Shown: one piece after another, positions 1 through 9,631 of the stretch
Numbering within the stretch: position 1 is the first letter of the stretch
How the letters are laid out: every line of letters begins with the position of its first letter
Source of the DNA: Paracoccaceae bacterium
GTDB lineage: Bacteria; Pseudomonadota; Alphaproteobacteria; Rhodobacterales; Rhodobacteraceae
NCBI GenBank assembly: GCA_041687395.1
Contig: JAWLCA010000013.1
Span: 51,470-115,469 of the forward strand
Length of the DNA: 64,000 nt
Direction of reading: 5' to 3'
Program-made: the position numbers and the translations under genes
Notes under the pieces: model-generated
What the model was told of the DNA's origin: nothing
What the model saw: the letters and a program-made list of their open reading frames with translations, nothing else
Databases searched by the model: none

Positions 1-648
1 CGGGAAAACGCGGTCGAGTGAGGTTGCACCCCGCCCGACCAGGCGCCGCAGCGCGTCGTTGGCAAACAGCACGGTGCCGCTGCGGCTCGCGACCATCATC
101 GGCAGCGACAGGCCTTCGGCGCCTCGCGCCGCCACCATGGGATCCGACATCTCCTCCAACCGCCAGAGACAGCGGTCGCCGTCGATGCGATGCACACCCA
201 GCCGCGCGTGGCCGCGCCGGGTCAGCACATCCTCGCGCGCGGCGCCGCTGGAAAGGGCCGCTTCGCGCAGGCTGGCCAGAGCCGCGCCGGGTTCGGCAAA
301 ATAATCGCCCAAGGCATCGATCAGGGTATCGACACTGCTGCCAAACCTTTCCCGCGCCGCTGCGTTCCGGTAGCAGATCGCCCCGGCGGCATCGGTGCAG
401 AAGGTGGGGGCGAGGTCAGAGCCCACCAAGGCGTCCACCTGCTGGTCGCGCTTGCGCCGCACCACCCAGGCAGCGGCGGAAAACCCGGCCAGCGCCACGA
501 GCGTGCCGCCAACCGCTAGCAGCGCGAGCCGGGTCAGGTCATCGCCGACCAGCCCGCCGGCCAGAAGAAAAAGTCCCGCAGCCGTGCCAAGGGCCAGACC
601 CTCGGGAGCCTGAAACGCGACCCGCTGCGTCCAGCCGGGCCGCGACAT
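1..648 (-). CDS. Membrane-anchored PAS-type sensor protein, N-terminal part (gene continues beyond window start)
   Basis: Absent from the ORF track because it runs off the window. My minus-strand translation from the ATG (complement of 646-648) reads MSRPGWTQRVAFQAPEGLALGTAAGLFLLAGGLVGDDLTRLALLAVGGTLVALAGF. That gives two hydrophobic helices, followed by PAS-like segments (ICYRNAAARERFG; VLFANDALRRLVG). The output domain is not visible. Confidence 0.55.
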   Translation of the reverse strand, partial: MSRPGWTQRVAFQAPEGLALGTAAGLFLLAGGLVGDDLTRLALLAVGGTLVALAGFSAAAWVVRRKRDQQVDALVGSDLAPTFCTDAAGAICYRNAAARERFGSSVDTLIDALGDYFAEPGAALASLREAALSSGAAREDVLTRRGHARLGVHRIDGDRCLWRLEEMSDPMVAARGAEGLSLPMMVASRSGTVLFANDALRRLVGRGATSLDRVFP

Positions 649-720
649 CGTCGCTTGAGTCACACCATGCTCCCCCGCCGCCATCAGCCACAGCTAACAC
701 CGGCAAGTCTTAACCGGCCG

Positions 721-1902
721 TTAAGCATGATCGGGCGGGCTGCGGCTCAGGATCGCCAGATAGAATCCGTCCCCAGTTGGCCCGGGCAGGAACCTTCGGT
801 CGCGCTGCAGCCGCCAGCTAGGGGTTCTGGTCAGGAAATCGTCGATCTGCTGCCGGTTCTCCTGATCAATGATCGAACAGGTCACGTAGGCCAGCATCCC
901 ACCCGGCGCCACGAAGCGCGCTGCCTGATCAAGGATGGCGGCCTGTATCTGCACCAGCCTGTCCAATCCCTTGGGCGACAGGCGCCACTTCGCCTCGGGA
1001 CTGCGCCGCCAGCTGCCGGAGCCAGAGCATGGTACGTCCACAAGCACGAGGTCAAAGGGCGCCGCGGCCTCGATCCCGGCGAGATCGACAAGCTGAACCG
1101 GCACGCCCGCCCGATCCGCCCGCGCGGGCAAATCCTGCAAGCGCCCCGGATCGGCATCATGTGCCCAGAGCCGCACCTGCGACCGCCCGGCCATGGCCAG
1201 CGTCTTGCCCCCGCCTCCGGCACAGAAATCCAGCACCCGCGCGCCGTCCTGCAGCGGCAGGTCCAGCACCACCGCCTGAGAGGCCGCATCCTGAAGTTCG
1301 ACCTGTCCGGACCGGTAGGCGGTGCCGTTCAGGATCCGTCGCGCGTTGCCCGTCACCTCCAGCGCGCCGGCGATGCCCGGCACCGGCCGCGTCTCGATCC
1401 CGTCGGCGGCCAGCGCGGCGACCGCCTCTGAAACATCCACCTTCACCGCATTGACACGCAGGAACACCGGCGCGCGATCCTGAAGGGCCGTCATCACCGG
1501 GGCAAAGTCCGCGCCCAGACTGTCCCGCAAGACCGGCTCCAACCAGTCGGGGCAGTCCAGCGCCTGCGCGTCCGACATCGGCGGGGGGACGTAGTTCCGC
1601 TCGGCCTCGGACAGTGTCGCGGGGGCGTAGCCGGTGCCGGTAAAGACCTCGGCAGGGTCGGTCATGGTCCGCCGCGACAGGCCCAGCATCAATCCGCGAC
1701 CGCTCTCCGCCCCGCCCAGGTGCGCGAGCGACCGGCGCCGGCGCATCGCCTCATAGGCCAGATCGCGGATCGCCGCCCGGTCGCCCGAACCGGCAAAACG
1801 GTTGCCCCGCGCCCAGGTCGTCAGCACCTTTTCCAGCGCCTCGCCCGCCAGCGCGCGATCCAGAATCCCGATGGCCGCCGCGACCCTCGCTTCAGGGGTC
1901 AA
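721..1902 (-). CDS. RsmB/NOP2/Sun-family SAM-dependent RNA (cytosine-C5) methyltransferase
   Basis: 393-aa ORF. It has the SAM-binding motif LDFCAGGGGKT and the catalytic region VDVPCSGSGSWRRSPEAKWRL typical of Sun/RsmB m5C methyltransferases. Confidence 0.85.
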   Translation of the reverse strand: MTPEARVAAAIGILDRALAGEALEKVLTTWARGNRFAGSGDRAAIRDLAYEAMRRRRSLAHLGGAESGRGLMLGLSRRTMTDPAEVFTGTGYAPATLSEAERNYVPPPMSDAQALDCPDWLEPVLRDSLGADFAPVMTALQDRAPVFLRVNAVKVDVSEAVAALAADGIETRPVPGIAGALEVTGNARRILNGTAYRSGQVELQDAASQAVVLDLPLQDGARVLDFCAGGGGKTLAMAGRSQVRLWAHDADPGRLQDLPARADRAGVPVQLVDLAGIEAAAPFDLVLVDVPCSGSGSWRRSPEAKWRLSPKGLDRLVQIQAAILDQAARFVAPGGMLAYVTCSIIDQENRQQIDDFLTRTPSWRLQRDRRFLPGPTGDGFYLAILSRSPPDHA

Positions 1903-1941
1903 GTCGCCGCCTCGGGCAGCCCGAGCCCATACCCCTCACCC

Positions 1942-2775
1942 TCACCCCTGAACCAGTTCGTAGCCACCATTGGCCCGTGCGACGCGGTCGAAGGCGGGTT
2001 TCAACAGATGTCCGCCGGTGATCAGCGCGCCCTCGGTCGCCATCCGGTCCAGCAGCCGTTTGCGCGTCTCGCGCGCGGCGTCCATGTCGACGTCAAAGGC
2101 GATGCCCACTTCCGGGTCGGGGACCTGGACATCCTGCGCATGCACGATGTCGCCCACGTGATAGAGAATCTCGCCCTTCGATTCCAGGCGGAAGCCCGCG
2201 TGGCCGGGCGTGTGGCCCGGCAGCGGCAGCATCGTCAGCCCCGGCGCGATCTCCGCCTCGCCCTGCAGCGGCACGATCCGGTCGCCATAGGCGGCCAGCA
2301 CCGCCTTGGCCAATTGCTGCCAGGCCTTCACGTCATCGCTGGCCGCGCCGAAATTCGCATCCTCCAACCAGTAGCGCCGCTCGTCGCGCATCACCGCCAG
2401 TTCCGCATTCGGGAACACGGCCGCACCCTCGGCGGTCAGGGTTCCGGCAATGTGGTCGGGATGCAGGTGGGTAATGAAGATCCGGTCGATCTCTTTCGGC
2501 GATACCCGCACCTCGGCCAGTGCCGCCTGCAGGTTGCCGGCCGTCGGTCCCATCAGGTCGCGCGGGCCGGAATCGACGAGGATCGTCTTGCCGCCGGTGC
2601 GGATCAGAACCGCGTTGAAGTTCGTGCGAATCTCGGACGATCCCGCCTTGCCCAGCAACTCTCTCAGATGCGCGGGATCTGTGCCGGGAAACAGCGCCTC
2701 GGGAAAGGCAAAGGCGCCGTCGGTCAGCACCGTCACCTCGGCCTCGCCAATCTTCTTCGTCGTCGTGTGCGTCAT
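1942..2775 (-). CDS. MBL-fold metallo-hydrolase
   Basis: Internal start MTHTTTKKIGEAEV (ATG complement at 2773-2775) within ORF 1942..3096. The HxHxDH motif is present (ITHLHPDHIAG). The upstream part of the listed ORF is Arg-rich junk overlapping the neighbouring gene. Confidence 0.8.
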   Translation of the reverse strand: MTHTTTKKIGEAEVTVLTDGAFAFPEALFPGTDPAHLRELLGKAGSSEIRTNFNAVLIRTGGKTILVDSGPRDLMGPTAGNLQAALAEVRVSPKEIDRIFITHLHPDHIAGTLTAEGAAVFPNAELAVMRDERRYWLEDANFGAASDDVKAWQQLAKAVLAAYGDRIVPLQGEAEIAPGLTMLPLPGHTPGHAGFRLESKGEILYHVGDIVHAQDVQVPDPEVGIAFDVDMDAARETRKRLLDRMATEGALITGGHLLKPAFDRVARANGGYELVQG

Positions 2776-2843
2776 GCTGCGCCTCCCTTGCTTTGCCGTG
2801 AAGTTACGGCATGTTGCCGGGCGGCGCAGCCCCTTTCTGACGC

Positions 2844-4346
2844 TCAGATGTCGAACTTCACGCCCTGTGCCAGCGGCAGCGCGGCGGAATAGTTCACCGT
2901 GCTGGTCTGGCGGCGCATGTATCCCTTCCACGCGTCCGACCCGCTTTCGCGCCCGCCGCCGGTCTCCTTTTCGCCGCCGAAGGCCCCGCCGATCTCGGCC
3001 CCCGACGGCCCGATGTTCACGTTGGCGATGCCGCAATCCGACCCCACGGCCGACAGGAAGGTTTCGGCCTCGCGCAGGTTCAGCGTGAAGATGCACGACG
3101 AAAGTCCCTGCGGCACATCGTTCTGAAGCTTGATCGCCTCTTCCAACTCGTCATAGCCCAGCACGTACAGGATCGGCGCGAAGGTCTCTTCGCGCACGCA
3201 GGCGGTCTGGCCCGGCATCTCCACCACGGCGGGCTCCACATAGGCTCCGCCCTGCGGCACGCCCTCGGCCACGGCGCGGCCGCCGTGAACCGTTCCGCCC
3301 TCGGCCTTGGCCTGCTCCAGCATGCCCAGCATCCGGTCGCGCGCCCCGTGGTCGATCAGCGGGCCGACCAAGGTGGTCGATCTCCGCGGATCGCCAATGG
3401 GCAGGCTGGCATAGGCCTTGGTCAGACGCGCGACGAGCTCATCCCGGATCGAGTTGTGCGCGATCAGCCGGCGCAACGAGGTGCAGCGCTGTCCCGCCGT
3501 GCCCACGGCGGAAAACACGATGGCCCGCACCGCCATGTCCAGATCGGCGGATGGTGCCACGATCATCGCGTTGTTGCCGCCCAATTCCAGGACGCAGCGG
3601 CCGAACCGCTCGGCCACCTTCGGCCCCACGATCCGCCCCATCCGCGTCGATCCCGTGGCCGAGACGATGGCCACATCGCGGCTGTCCACCAGCTTCTCGC
3701 CCACCTCGGGCCCGCCGATTACCAGCTGCACCAGTCCGTCCGGCGCGTCGTCGCCAAAGCGCGCCAGCGCACGCTCCATCGCCTTCATCGAGGCAAGCGC
3801 CGTCAGCGGCGTCTTTTCCGACGGCTTCCAGATCACCGGGTCGCCGCACACCAGCGCCAGCGCCGTGTTCCACGACCAGACCGCCACGGGGAAGTTGAAG
3901 GCGGTGATGACCGCACAGGGCCCCAACGGGTGCCAGGTCTCCGCCATCCGGTGACCGGGGCGTTCGCTGGCGATGGTCAGCCCGTACAGCTGCCGCGACA
4001 GGCCCACGGCGAAATCGCAGATGTCGATCATCTCCTGCACTTCGCCCAGGCCCTCGGACGTGATCTTGCCCGCCTCCAGCGTCACCACCGCGCCCAGCGC
4101 GTCCTTGGCCGCGCGCAACTCCTCGCCCAGCAGCCGCACCAACTCGCCCCGGCGCGGTGCCGGCACATCGCGCCAGGCACGGAACGCCGCCTGCGACCCG
4201 GCGATCACCGCATCCACGTCGGCCGGGCCGGTCTCGGCCACGCGGGCGATCTCGGCCCCGTCGATGGGCGAGTGCACGGTCAGCGTGCCCCCGGTCAGTT
4301 CCCCCTTGGTCAGGCCGGCGGCGGCAAGGATTTCAGCAGCGGTCAT
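2844..4346 (-). CDS. amaB: ALDH7/antiquitin-type aldehyde dehydrogenase (alpha-aminoadipic/piperideine-6-carboxylate semialdehyde dehydrogenase)
   Basis: Near-colinear with the ALDH7 family as I recall it: GEVQEMIDICDFAVGLSRQLYG, ITAFNFPVAVWSWN, and C-terminus GAEIGGAFGGEKETGGGRESGSDAWKGYMRRQTSTVNYSAALPLAQGVKF. Start placed at MTAAE because a GAGGAGA SD precedes it. Alternative start at 4373. Confidence 0.85.
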   Translation of the reverse strand: MTAAEILAAAGLTKGELTGGTLTVHSPIDGAEIARVAETGPADVDAVIAGSQAAFRAWRDVPAPRRGELVRLLGEELRAAKDALGAVVTLEAGKITSEGLGEVQEMIDICDFAVGLSRQLYGLTIASERPGHRMAETWHPLGPCAVITAFNFPVAVWSWNTALALVCGDPVIWKPSEKTPLTALASMKAMERALARFGDDAPDGLVQLVIGGPEVGEKLVDSRDVAIVSATGSTRMGRIVGPKVAERFGRCVLELGGNNAMIVAPSADLDMAVRAIVFSAVGTAGQRCTSLRRLIAHNSIRDELVARLTKAYASLPIGDPRRSTTLVGPLIDHGARDRMLGMLEQAKAEGGTVHGGRAVAEGVPQGGAYVEPAVVEMPGQTACVREETFAPILYVLGYDELEEAIKLQNDVPQGLSSCIFTLNLREAETFLSAVGSDCGIANVNIGPSGAEIGGAFGGEKETGGGRESGSDAWKGYMRRQTSTVNYSAALPLAQGVKFDI

Positions 4347-4592
4347 GGTCAGTCTCTCCTCGATCAGGGGCATGGGCCGTGTGGCCCCGGTGGGCCGTTT
4401 GTCGCCCTATGCCCCGCAGTTCATCCGTCGGCCTTTTCGCTGATCACGCCGAAATGCGCCACCGCATTCCGCCCGTGTTTCGTGGCTCAAGCAAGCGCCC
4501 AGGCCGGACGAAAGGGTGAAGTGCAAGTTAACGAGAATCAGGGAATCTTTGTTTTTCCGAGACTTGCAAAAGTGTGCACGCGTGCACGGCCC

Positions 4593-5822
4593 TCAAAAAA
4601 ACGCCTGCAGCCCCGTCTGCGCCCGCCCCAGGATCAGCGCGTGCACGTCGTGTGTGCCCTCATAGGTGTTTACCGTCTCAAGGTTCACCATGTGCCGCAT
4701 CACCTGAAACTCACCCGAGATCCCGTTGCCCCCGTGCATGTCCCTCGCCGCCCGCGCAACTTCCAAAGCCTTGCCGCAGTTGTTGCGCTTGACGAGCGAA
4801 ATCATCTCGGGCGCCGCCCGCGCCTCGTCCAGCAGCCGGCCGACCCGCAAGCTGGCCTGCAGCCCCAGCGCGATCTCGGTCTGCATGTCGGCCAGCTTCT
4901 TCTGGAACAGCTGCGTCTGCGCCAGCGGCCGACCGAACTGCTTGCGGTCCAGCCCATACTGCCGCGCCGCGTGCCAGCAGAATTCCGCCGCGCCGAGAAC
5001 CCCCCAACTGATCCCATAGCGCGCCCGGTTCAGACAACCGAACGGCCCCTTCAGCCCCTCGACATGCGGCAGCAGCGCCTCCTCGCCGACCGCGACATCC
5101 TTCATCACGATCTCGCCGGTGATGGAGGCGCGCAGGGACAGCTTGTTGCCGATCTTCGGCGCGCTGAGACCCGCCATGCTCTTTTCCAGCACGAAGCCAC
5201 GGATCTTGCCGCCATGCGCCTCGGATTTGGCCCAGACCACGAAGACATCGGCAATGGGGCTGTTCGAGATCCACATCTTGGAGCCGTTCAGCACATAGCC
5301 GCCGTCGATCTTCTTCGCCGTGGTCTTCATCCCCGCAGGATCAGACCCTGCATCTGGCTCGGTCAGCCCGAAACAGCCGATCCACTCGCCGCTAGCGAGT
5401 TTCGGCAGATATTTCTTGCGCTGATCCTCAGTGCCGTAGGCGTAGATCGGGTACATGACCAAGCTGGACTGCACCGACATCATGCTGCGGTAGCCGGAAT
5501 CCACCCGCTCGATTTCGCGCGCGACGAGGCCATAGGCGACATAGCCCGCGCCGATGCCGCCGTATTCCTCGGGGATGGTCACGCCCAGCAGGCCCATCCC
5601 GCCCATCTCGGCAAAGATTGCAGGGTCGGTCTGTTCCTCGGCATAGGCCCGGATCACCCGCGTCTGCAGCTTTTCCTGAGCATAGGATCGCGCGGCGTCG
5701 CGCATCATCCGCTCATCCTCGGTCAGCTGGTCTTCCAGACGGAACGGGTCGTCCCAGGTGAAGCTGGACAAATCGGGCGCATCCTTGGCCTTTAGCGTTG
5801 GGGCGACGGGCGCATCTTTCAT
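4593..5822 (-). CDS. gcdH: Glutaryl-CoA dehydrogenase (acyl-CoA dehydrogenase family)
   Basis: Internal start [13 protein letters not shown] (ATG complement 5820-5822) within ORF 4593..6182. Gives a 409-aa product with GcdH-like blocks ([54 protein letters not shown]). Adjacent to amaB, which is consistent with lysine catabolism. Confidence 0.88.
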   Translation of the reverse strand: MKDAPVAPTLKAKDAPDLSSFTWDDPFRLEDQLTEDERMMRDAARSYAQEKLQTRVIRAYAEEQTDPAIFAEMGGMGLLGVTIPEEYGGIGAGYVAYGLVAREIERVDSGYRSMMSVQSSLVMYPIYAYGTEDQRKKYLPKLASGEWIGCFGLTEPDAGSDPAGMKTTAKKIDGGYVLNGSKMWISNSPIADVFVVWAKSEAHGGKIRGFVLEKSMAGLSAPKIGNKLSLRASITGEIVMKDVAVGEEALLPHVEGLKGPFGCLNRARYGISWGVLGAAEFCWHAARQYGLDRKQFGRPLAQTQLFQKKLADMQTEIALGLQASLRVGRLLDEARAAPEMISLVKRNNCGKALEVARAARDMHGGNGISGEFQVMRHMVNLETVNTYEGTHDVHALILGRAQTGLQAFF

Positions 5823-5889
5823 GGCGAACCTCTCGAAAACGTTCGGGGCAGCATAAGCGACCGGCGAACCAAGGCAAAGCCCCGCCCGC

Positions 5890-7413
5890 CTATCGGCCCT
5901 TGAACAGGCTACCCAGCACACCGCGCACGATGGCCCGTCCCGACTTGGTGCCAAGCTGGCGGGCAAAGGACTTGACGAAAGCCTCCGTCGCCGTGTCGCT
6001 GCGGCGCGCCGACGTTCTGGTCGCGGTGGGCTTGCGCGAGGGCATCTTGGGGTCATACCGGCGCGCCGACTGAAACTCCCGCTCTGCGGTAGCCTCGGCC
6101 TCGCGAGCGGCTTGTTCTGCCCGATGCGCCAGACGTTCGTGCGCGCTGTCCCGGTCGATAACGGTGTCGTACTTGCCCGCAAGCGGCGACCGGGTCATCA
6201 ACACCGTCCGTTCAGCGTCGCTGATCGGGCCCATGCGCGACGACGGAGGGCGGATCAAGGTGCGCTCCACCATGCCGGGGATGCCCTTGTCTTCCAGAAA
6301 GGATGTCACCGCCTCGCCCGTGCCCACTTCACGGATCGCCTCCTCGGTCGAGAAGCGGGGATTGTCGCGATAGGTCTGCGCCGCCAGCCGCAGGGCCTTC
6401 TGATCGCGGGCGGTAAAGGCGCGAAGGGCATGCTGCACGCGGTTGCCAAGCTGCCCGAGGATGGTTTCCGGCACGTCCGCCGGGTTCTGGGTGCAGAAAT
6501 ACACCCCCACCCCTTTGGACCGGATCAGGCGCGCCACCTGCTCCACCTTCTCGACCAGCGCGCGAGGCGCGTTGCGGAACAGCAAGTGCGCCTCATCGAA
6601 GAAGAAGACGAGCTTTGGTTTCGCAGGATCGCCGACCTCGGGCAGTTCCTCGAACAGTTGCGACAAAAGCCAGAGAAGAAAGGTCGCATAGAGCCGCGGC
6701 GATCGCATCAGCCGCTCGCCAGACAGAACGTTGATGCGGCCAAAGCCCTGGTCGTCGGTCGTCATCAGGTCGGAAAGCTCCAGCGCCGGCTCGCCGAACA
6801 GCTCCGACCCGCCCTGCGTCTCAAGCACCAGCAGACGCCTTTGCAGCGCCCCGACCGAGGCAGAGGTGACCGAGCCGTAGCGCAGGGACAGGTCACGGGC
6901 ATTCTGCCCCATCCAGTTGAGCATCGCCTGCAGATCCTTCAGATCGAGCAGAGGCAGCCCCTCTTCGTCTGCGAGGCGAAAGGCGATATTGATTACCCCC
7001 TCCTGCGCCTCGGTCGCGTCGAGAAGCCGCGACAGCAGCAGGGGCCCCATCTCGGCCACCGTCGTGCGCACCGGATGCCCGGTCTGGCCGAACATGTCCC
7101 AGTAGGTCACGGGGAAGCCGCGATACGCAAAATCGGTGTAGCCGATCGTGGCGTTTCGCTTGGCAAAGGCGTCATGCGTCTTGCCCGTCGGGTCGCCAGG
7201 CAAACCGATCCCGGCCAGATCCCCCTTGATGTCGGACAGGAAGACCGGAACACCCGCGGCAGAAAAACTCTCGGCCATGATCTGCAGCGTCACGGTCTTT
7301 CCCGTACCCGTCGCTCCGGCGATCAAGCCGTGGCGGTTACCATACTTCAGAAGCAGATGCTGCGGCGTGGCGTATCCCTCACCCCCGCCACCCACGAAAA
7401 TCCTGTCGCTCAT
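5890..7413 (-). CDS. HerA-like helicase-domain ATPase (DUF853/YjgR family)
   Basis: 507 aa with Walker A GATGTGKT near the N-terminus and a basic C-terminal tail. A GGAGGA SD lies upstream of the ATG. Confidence 0.8.
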   Translation of the reverse strand: MSDRIFVGGGGEGYATPQHLLLKYGNRHGLIAGATGTGKTVTLQIMAESFSAAGVPVFLSDIKGDLAGIGLPGDPTGKTHDAFAKRNATIGYTDFAYRGFPVTYWDMFGQTGHPVRTTVAEMGPLLLSRLLDATEAQEGVINIAFRLADEEGLPLLDLKDLQAMLNWMGQNARDLSLRYGSVTSASVGALQRRLLVLETQGGSELFGEPALELSDLMTTDDQGFGRINVLSGERLMRSPRLYATFLLWLLSQLFEELPEVGDPAKPKLVFFFDEAHLLFRNAPRALVEKVEQVARLIRSKGVGVYFCTQNPADVPETILGQLGNRVQHALRAFTARDQKALRLAAQTYRDNPRFSTEEAIREVGTGEAVTSFLEDKGIPGMVERTLIRPPSSRMGPISDAERTVLMTRSPLAGKYDTVIDRDSAHERLAHRAEQAAREAEATAEREFQSARRYDPKMPSRKPTATRTSARRSDTATEAFVKSFARQLGTKSGRAIVRGVLGSLFKGR

Positions 7414-7556
7414 TGTCTATTCCTCCGCAACTTTCCTGCCCTCATGCCACAGAGCGTGCGCTTCAGACATACATTGTTAACTTCCTTGCGGCAGGATTAA
7501 CCATATCCGGACAGTTGTCTTGGCGGTTCGGGTGTTACTTCCTCCCTGTTGACTGG

Positions 7557-7583
7557 CCGCGCCCGATCGGGCGCGGTCTTTTT
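7557..7583 (+). terminator. Intrinsic terminator with no upstream ORF (3' end of candidate sRNA 1)
   Basis: Stem ccgcgccc(7557-7564), loop gatc, stem gggcgcgg(7569-7576), followed by tcttttt. A C/U-rich CUUCCUCCC tract lies at 7538-7546 just upstream. Confidence 0.55.
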
Positions 7584-7667
7584 CACATCTTTTCAATTGG
7601 TTTCAGCTGGCGGCAACGGGCAAGATTCGCTGTTGACGCATGGCGGAGAAGGTCGTAGCGTCCGATC

Positions 7668-7736
7668 TCAATGAAAGTCGGCCAGTCCGACGGGGAGCGA
7701 AAGCAAAGTGGAAGGGCCCTTTTGGGGGCCCTTTTT
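7668..7736 (+). ncRNA. Candidate sRNA 2 (about 70 nt), promoter-to-terminator unit
   Basis: TTGACG (7633-7638), 17-nt spacer, TAGCGT (7656-7661). Terminator stem gggccc(7714-7719)/gggccc(7726-7731) followed by ttttt. No plausible ORF between them. The 5' end is a guess. Confidence 0.35.
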
Positions 7737-7850
7737 CGTTGGCATGTTGCCTGTCGCATGGCCGTGCCGCCAGGCCGGCGATTACCGGCCTGACAGCCGT
7801 AGCCGAGCATGCTAGAGACAGCATCGGAACAGCAGAGCCACAGGATCAAC

Positions 7851-8465
7851 ATGCTCGAACTGAACAAATCGATCGTCGCCGCCATAGCGGTCTCCCTCGC
7901 ACTCGCGGTACCGGTTGCGGCGCAACAGGAAACCGAAGCTCCAGCCGCCGAGGGCGAAGCCCCCGAAACCCCAGCGGAGGGCCTGAGCTTGGGCGAGGAA
8001 GTAGCGCCCGAACCCTTCGTCGCAGAGGTCTTCGGCGACTGGGAAATGCGGTGCGTCACAACGCCTGAAGGTGACAACTGCACCTTGTTCCAGCTCCTGA
8101 CGGATCAACAGGGCAACAACGTGGCCGAAGTCAGTCTGTTCGGTCTTCCGCCAGGACAGGAGGCCGCAGCTGGCGCAACGATCATCACGCCGCTGGAAAC
8201 GCTGCTGACACAGCAGATCACACTGCAGGTCGACAGTGGTCAGGCGCGCCGTTACCCGTTTTCCTGGTGCAGCCAGATCGGCTGCTTCGCACGGGTGGGT
8301 TTCACCGAAGACGAGGTGAACCAGTTCAAGCGCGGCGCACGCGCCACCTTGATGATCGTACCTGCGGCAGCCCCGGACCAGCAGGTGCAGTTGAACCTGT
8401 CCCTGTCGGGCTTCACCGCCGGGTTCGACGCGGTGAACGCGAAGAACTTCGCCGGTCAGCAGTGA
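7851..8465 (+). CDS. Invasion-associated locus B (IalB) family periplasmic protein
   Basis: Start chosen at MLELNKSIVAAIAVSLALAVPVAAQQ, a good signal peptide. IalB-like Cys pattern present (WEMRC...C..F...WCSQIGCFA). Confidence 0.75.
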   Translation: MLELNKSIVAAIAVSLALAVPVAAQQETEAPAAEGEAPETPAEGLSLGEEVAPEPFVAEVFGDWEMRCVTTPEGDNCTLFQLLTDQQGNNVAEVSLFGLPPGQEAAAGATIITPLETLLTQQITLQVDSGQARRYPFSWCSQIGCFARVGFTEDEVNQFKRGARATLMIVPAAAPDQQVQLNLSLSGFTAGFDAVNAKNFAGQQ

Positions 8466-8490
8466 CCTGAACCGGCATGGGCCGGCCCCG

Positions 8491-9621
8491 TCAGGCGGCC
8501 GGCTCGACCGCTGGTCTTGGCACGTAGGCGACCTCGGACAGATTGACCGCGCGACCGCTTCTTGCCGATTCCTGCGCCGCAAGGCCCATGGCCACGGCCC
8601 ACCAGCCGTCATCGAGCGACACTTCGGGTGCTCCCTCTCCCCTGACGACCGCGTTGAAGCGGGCGTGCTGGTAGTAAGTGGAACCATTGTGGTCGCCCGC
8701 CAGTAGAAGAACCGGGTCGATCGGAAGCTCCAGGACGCGCGGCCCCTTCGGCGCGCGCGGGCTGACGATCAATTGCGGTGTCGGGGGGGTGCCGAGATCC
8801 CTCGGCCAGAACCGAGTCGGCCCGGGGACGAGACATTCGATCTTCCCGTTGGGTCCGATGGCGCAGATCTCTTCCTGGTAGCGGCTGCCTTCGGCGAACA
8901 TGCACAACTCCAACATCGCGCGCGTGCCGCGCGAGAATTCGACCATGGCATAGCCGTGATCCCAGATGTCTGGCGCCTGCCCGGCGATTCGTTCTTCGCG
9001 GTGGTTCACGGCCTGCCCGGCGCTTGCCATGATGAGCACGGGGTCATCGCCAAGGATCAGCCGCATCAGGTCGAAGAAATGACAGCATTTCTCGACAAAG
9101 GTGCCACCTGTCCGCGCGTTGAAGCGGTTCCAGCCACCGACCTTTTCAAGAAATGGGAAGCGATGCTCGCGGATTGTGAGCATGCTGACGCCTCCGGTCG
9201 CGGTCGTTGCCTGCGCGATCAGGGCCGCGACGGGCGGCATGTAGCGGTATTCCATGGCCACCCAGATCGGCGCCGGGTAGCTGTCGCGCAGCGTGGCAAG
9301 CCGCGCCGCGTCGGAGGAGTTGGTGAAAAGCGGCTTCTCCACCAGAAGCGGCAAGGGCCGTGTGGCGGCGATCTGTTCGATCTGGTCCAGATGAAAGTCG
9401 TTCGGGCTGGCGATAAGAATGGCGTCCAATTCTGGCCCGGCCAGCAACTCGGCGATCGAACCGACCATCCGCGCCTCCGGCGCGATCAGGGCTGCCGCCG
9501 CGCGCATCCCTGCGTCCGGCTCGAAGATCGCCATCACGCACGCGTCCTGAACCAGCGCGATGTTGCGCAGGTGCTCCTGCCCCATCATGCCGCAGCCGAT
9601 CATCCCGTAGTTTGTCTTCAT
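8491..9621 (-). CDS. Gfo/Idh/MocA family NAD(P)-dependent oxidoreductase
   Basis: Internal start MKTNYGMIGCGMMGQEHL (Rossmann GxGxxG; ATG complement 9619-9621) within ORF 8491..10095. Lies 10 nt downstream of the GntR gene on the same strand. Confidence 0.85.
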   Translation of the reverse strand: MKTNYGMIGCGMMGQEHLRNIALVQDACVMAIFEPDAGMRAAAALIAPEARMVGSIAELLAGPELDAILIASPNDFHLDQIEQIAATRPLPLLVEKPLFTNSSDAARLATLRDSYPAPIWVAMEYRYMPPVAALIAQATTATGGVSMLTIREHRFPFLEKVGGWNRFNARTGGTFVEKCCHFFDLMRLILGDDPVLIMASAGQAVNHREERIAGQAPDIWDHGYAMVEFSRGTRAMLELCMFAEGSRYQEEICAIGPNGKIECLVPGPTRFWPRDLGTPPTPQLIVSPRAPKGPRVLELPIDPVLLLAGDHNGSTYYQHARFNAVVRGEGAPEVSLDDGWWAVAMGLAAQESARSGRAVNLSEVAYVPRPAVEPAA

Positions 9622-9631
9622 CCCCGTTGCC

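Noticed and set aside
18-713. 231-aa plus-strand ORF at the window start.
   Set aside because: It has a Pro/Arg-rich nonsense composition. The opposite strand encodes a coherent TM+PAS sensor N-terminus that explains the region.
3285-5795. Very long ORFs: 836 aa here, also 13464..15746 (760 aa), 51974..54010 (678 aa), 49954..51882 (642 aa), 43168..44451 and 48015..49640.
   Set aside because: They are extremely Arg/Gly/Pro/His-rich, low-complexity translations lying antisense to, or out of frame with, genes that have clear family signatures (amaB/gcdH, dctM, prpE, maeB, carA, ubiH-like). These are typical shadow ORFs of a high-GC genome.
7413-7658. 81-aa ORF (and the 166-aa minus ORF 7583..8083) in the herA-ialB spacer.
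   Set aside because: Neither has an SD, and both have odd composition. They also span the two intrinsic terminators. The region is better explained as non-coding.
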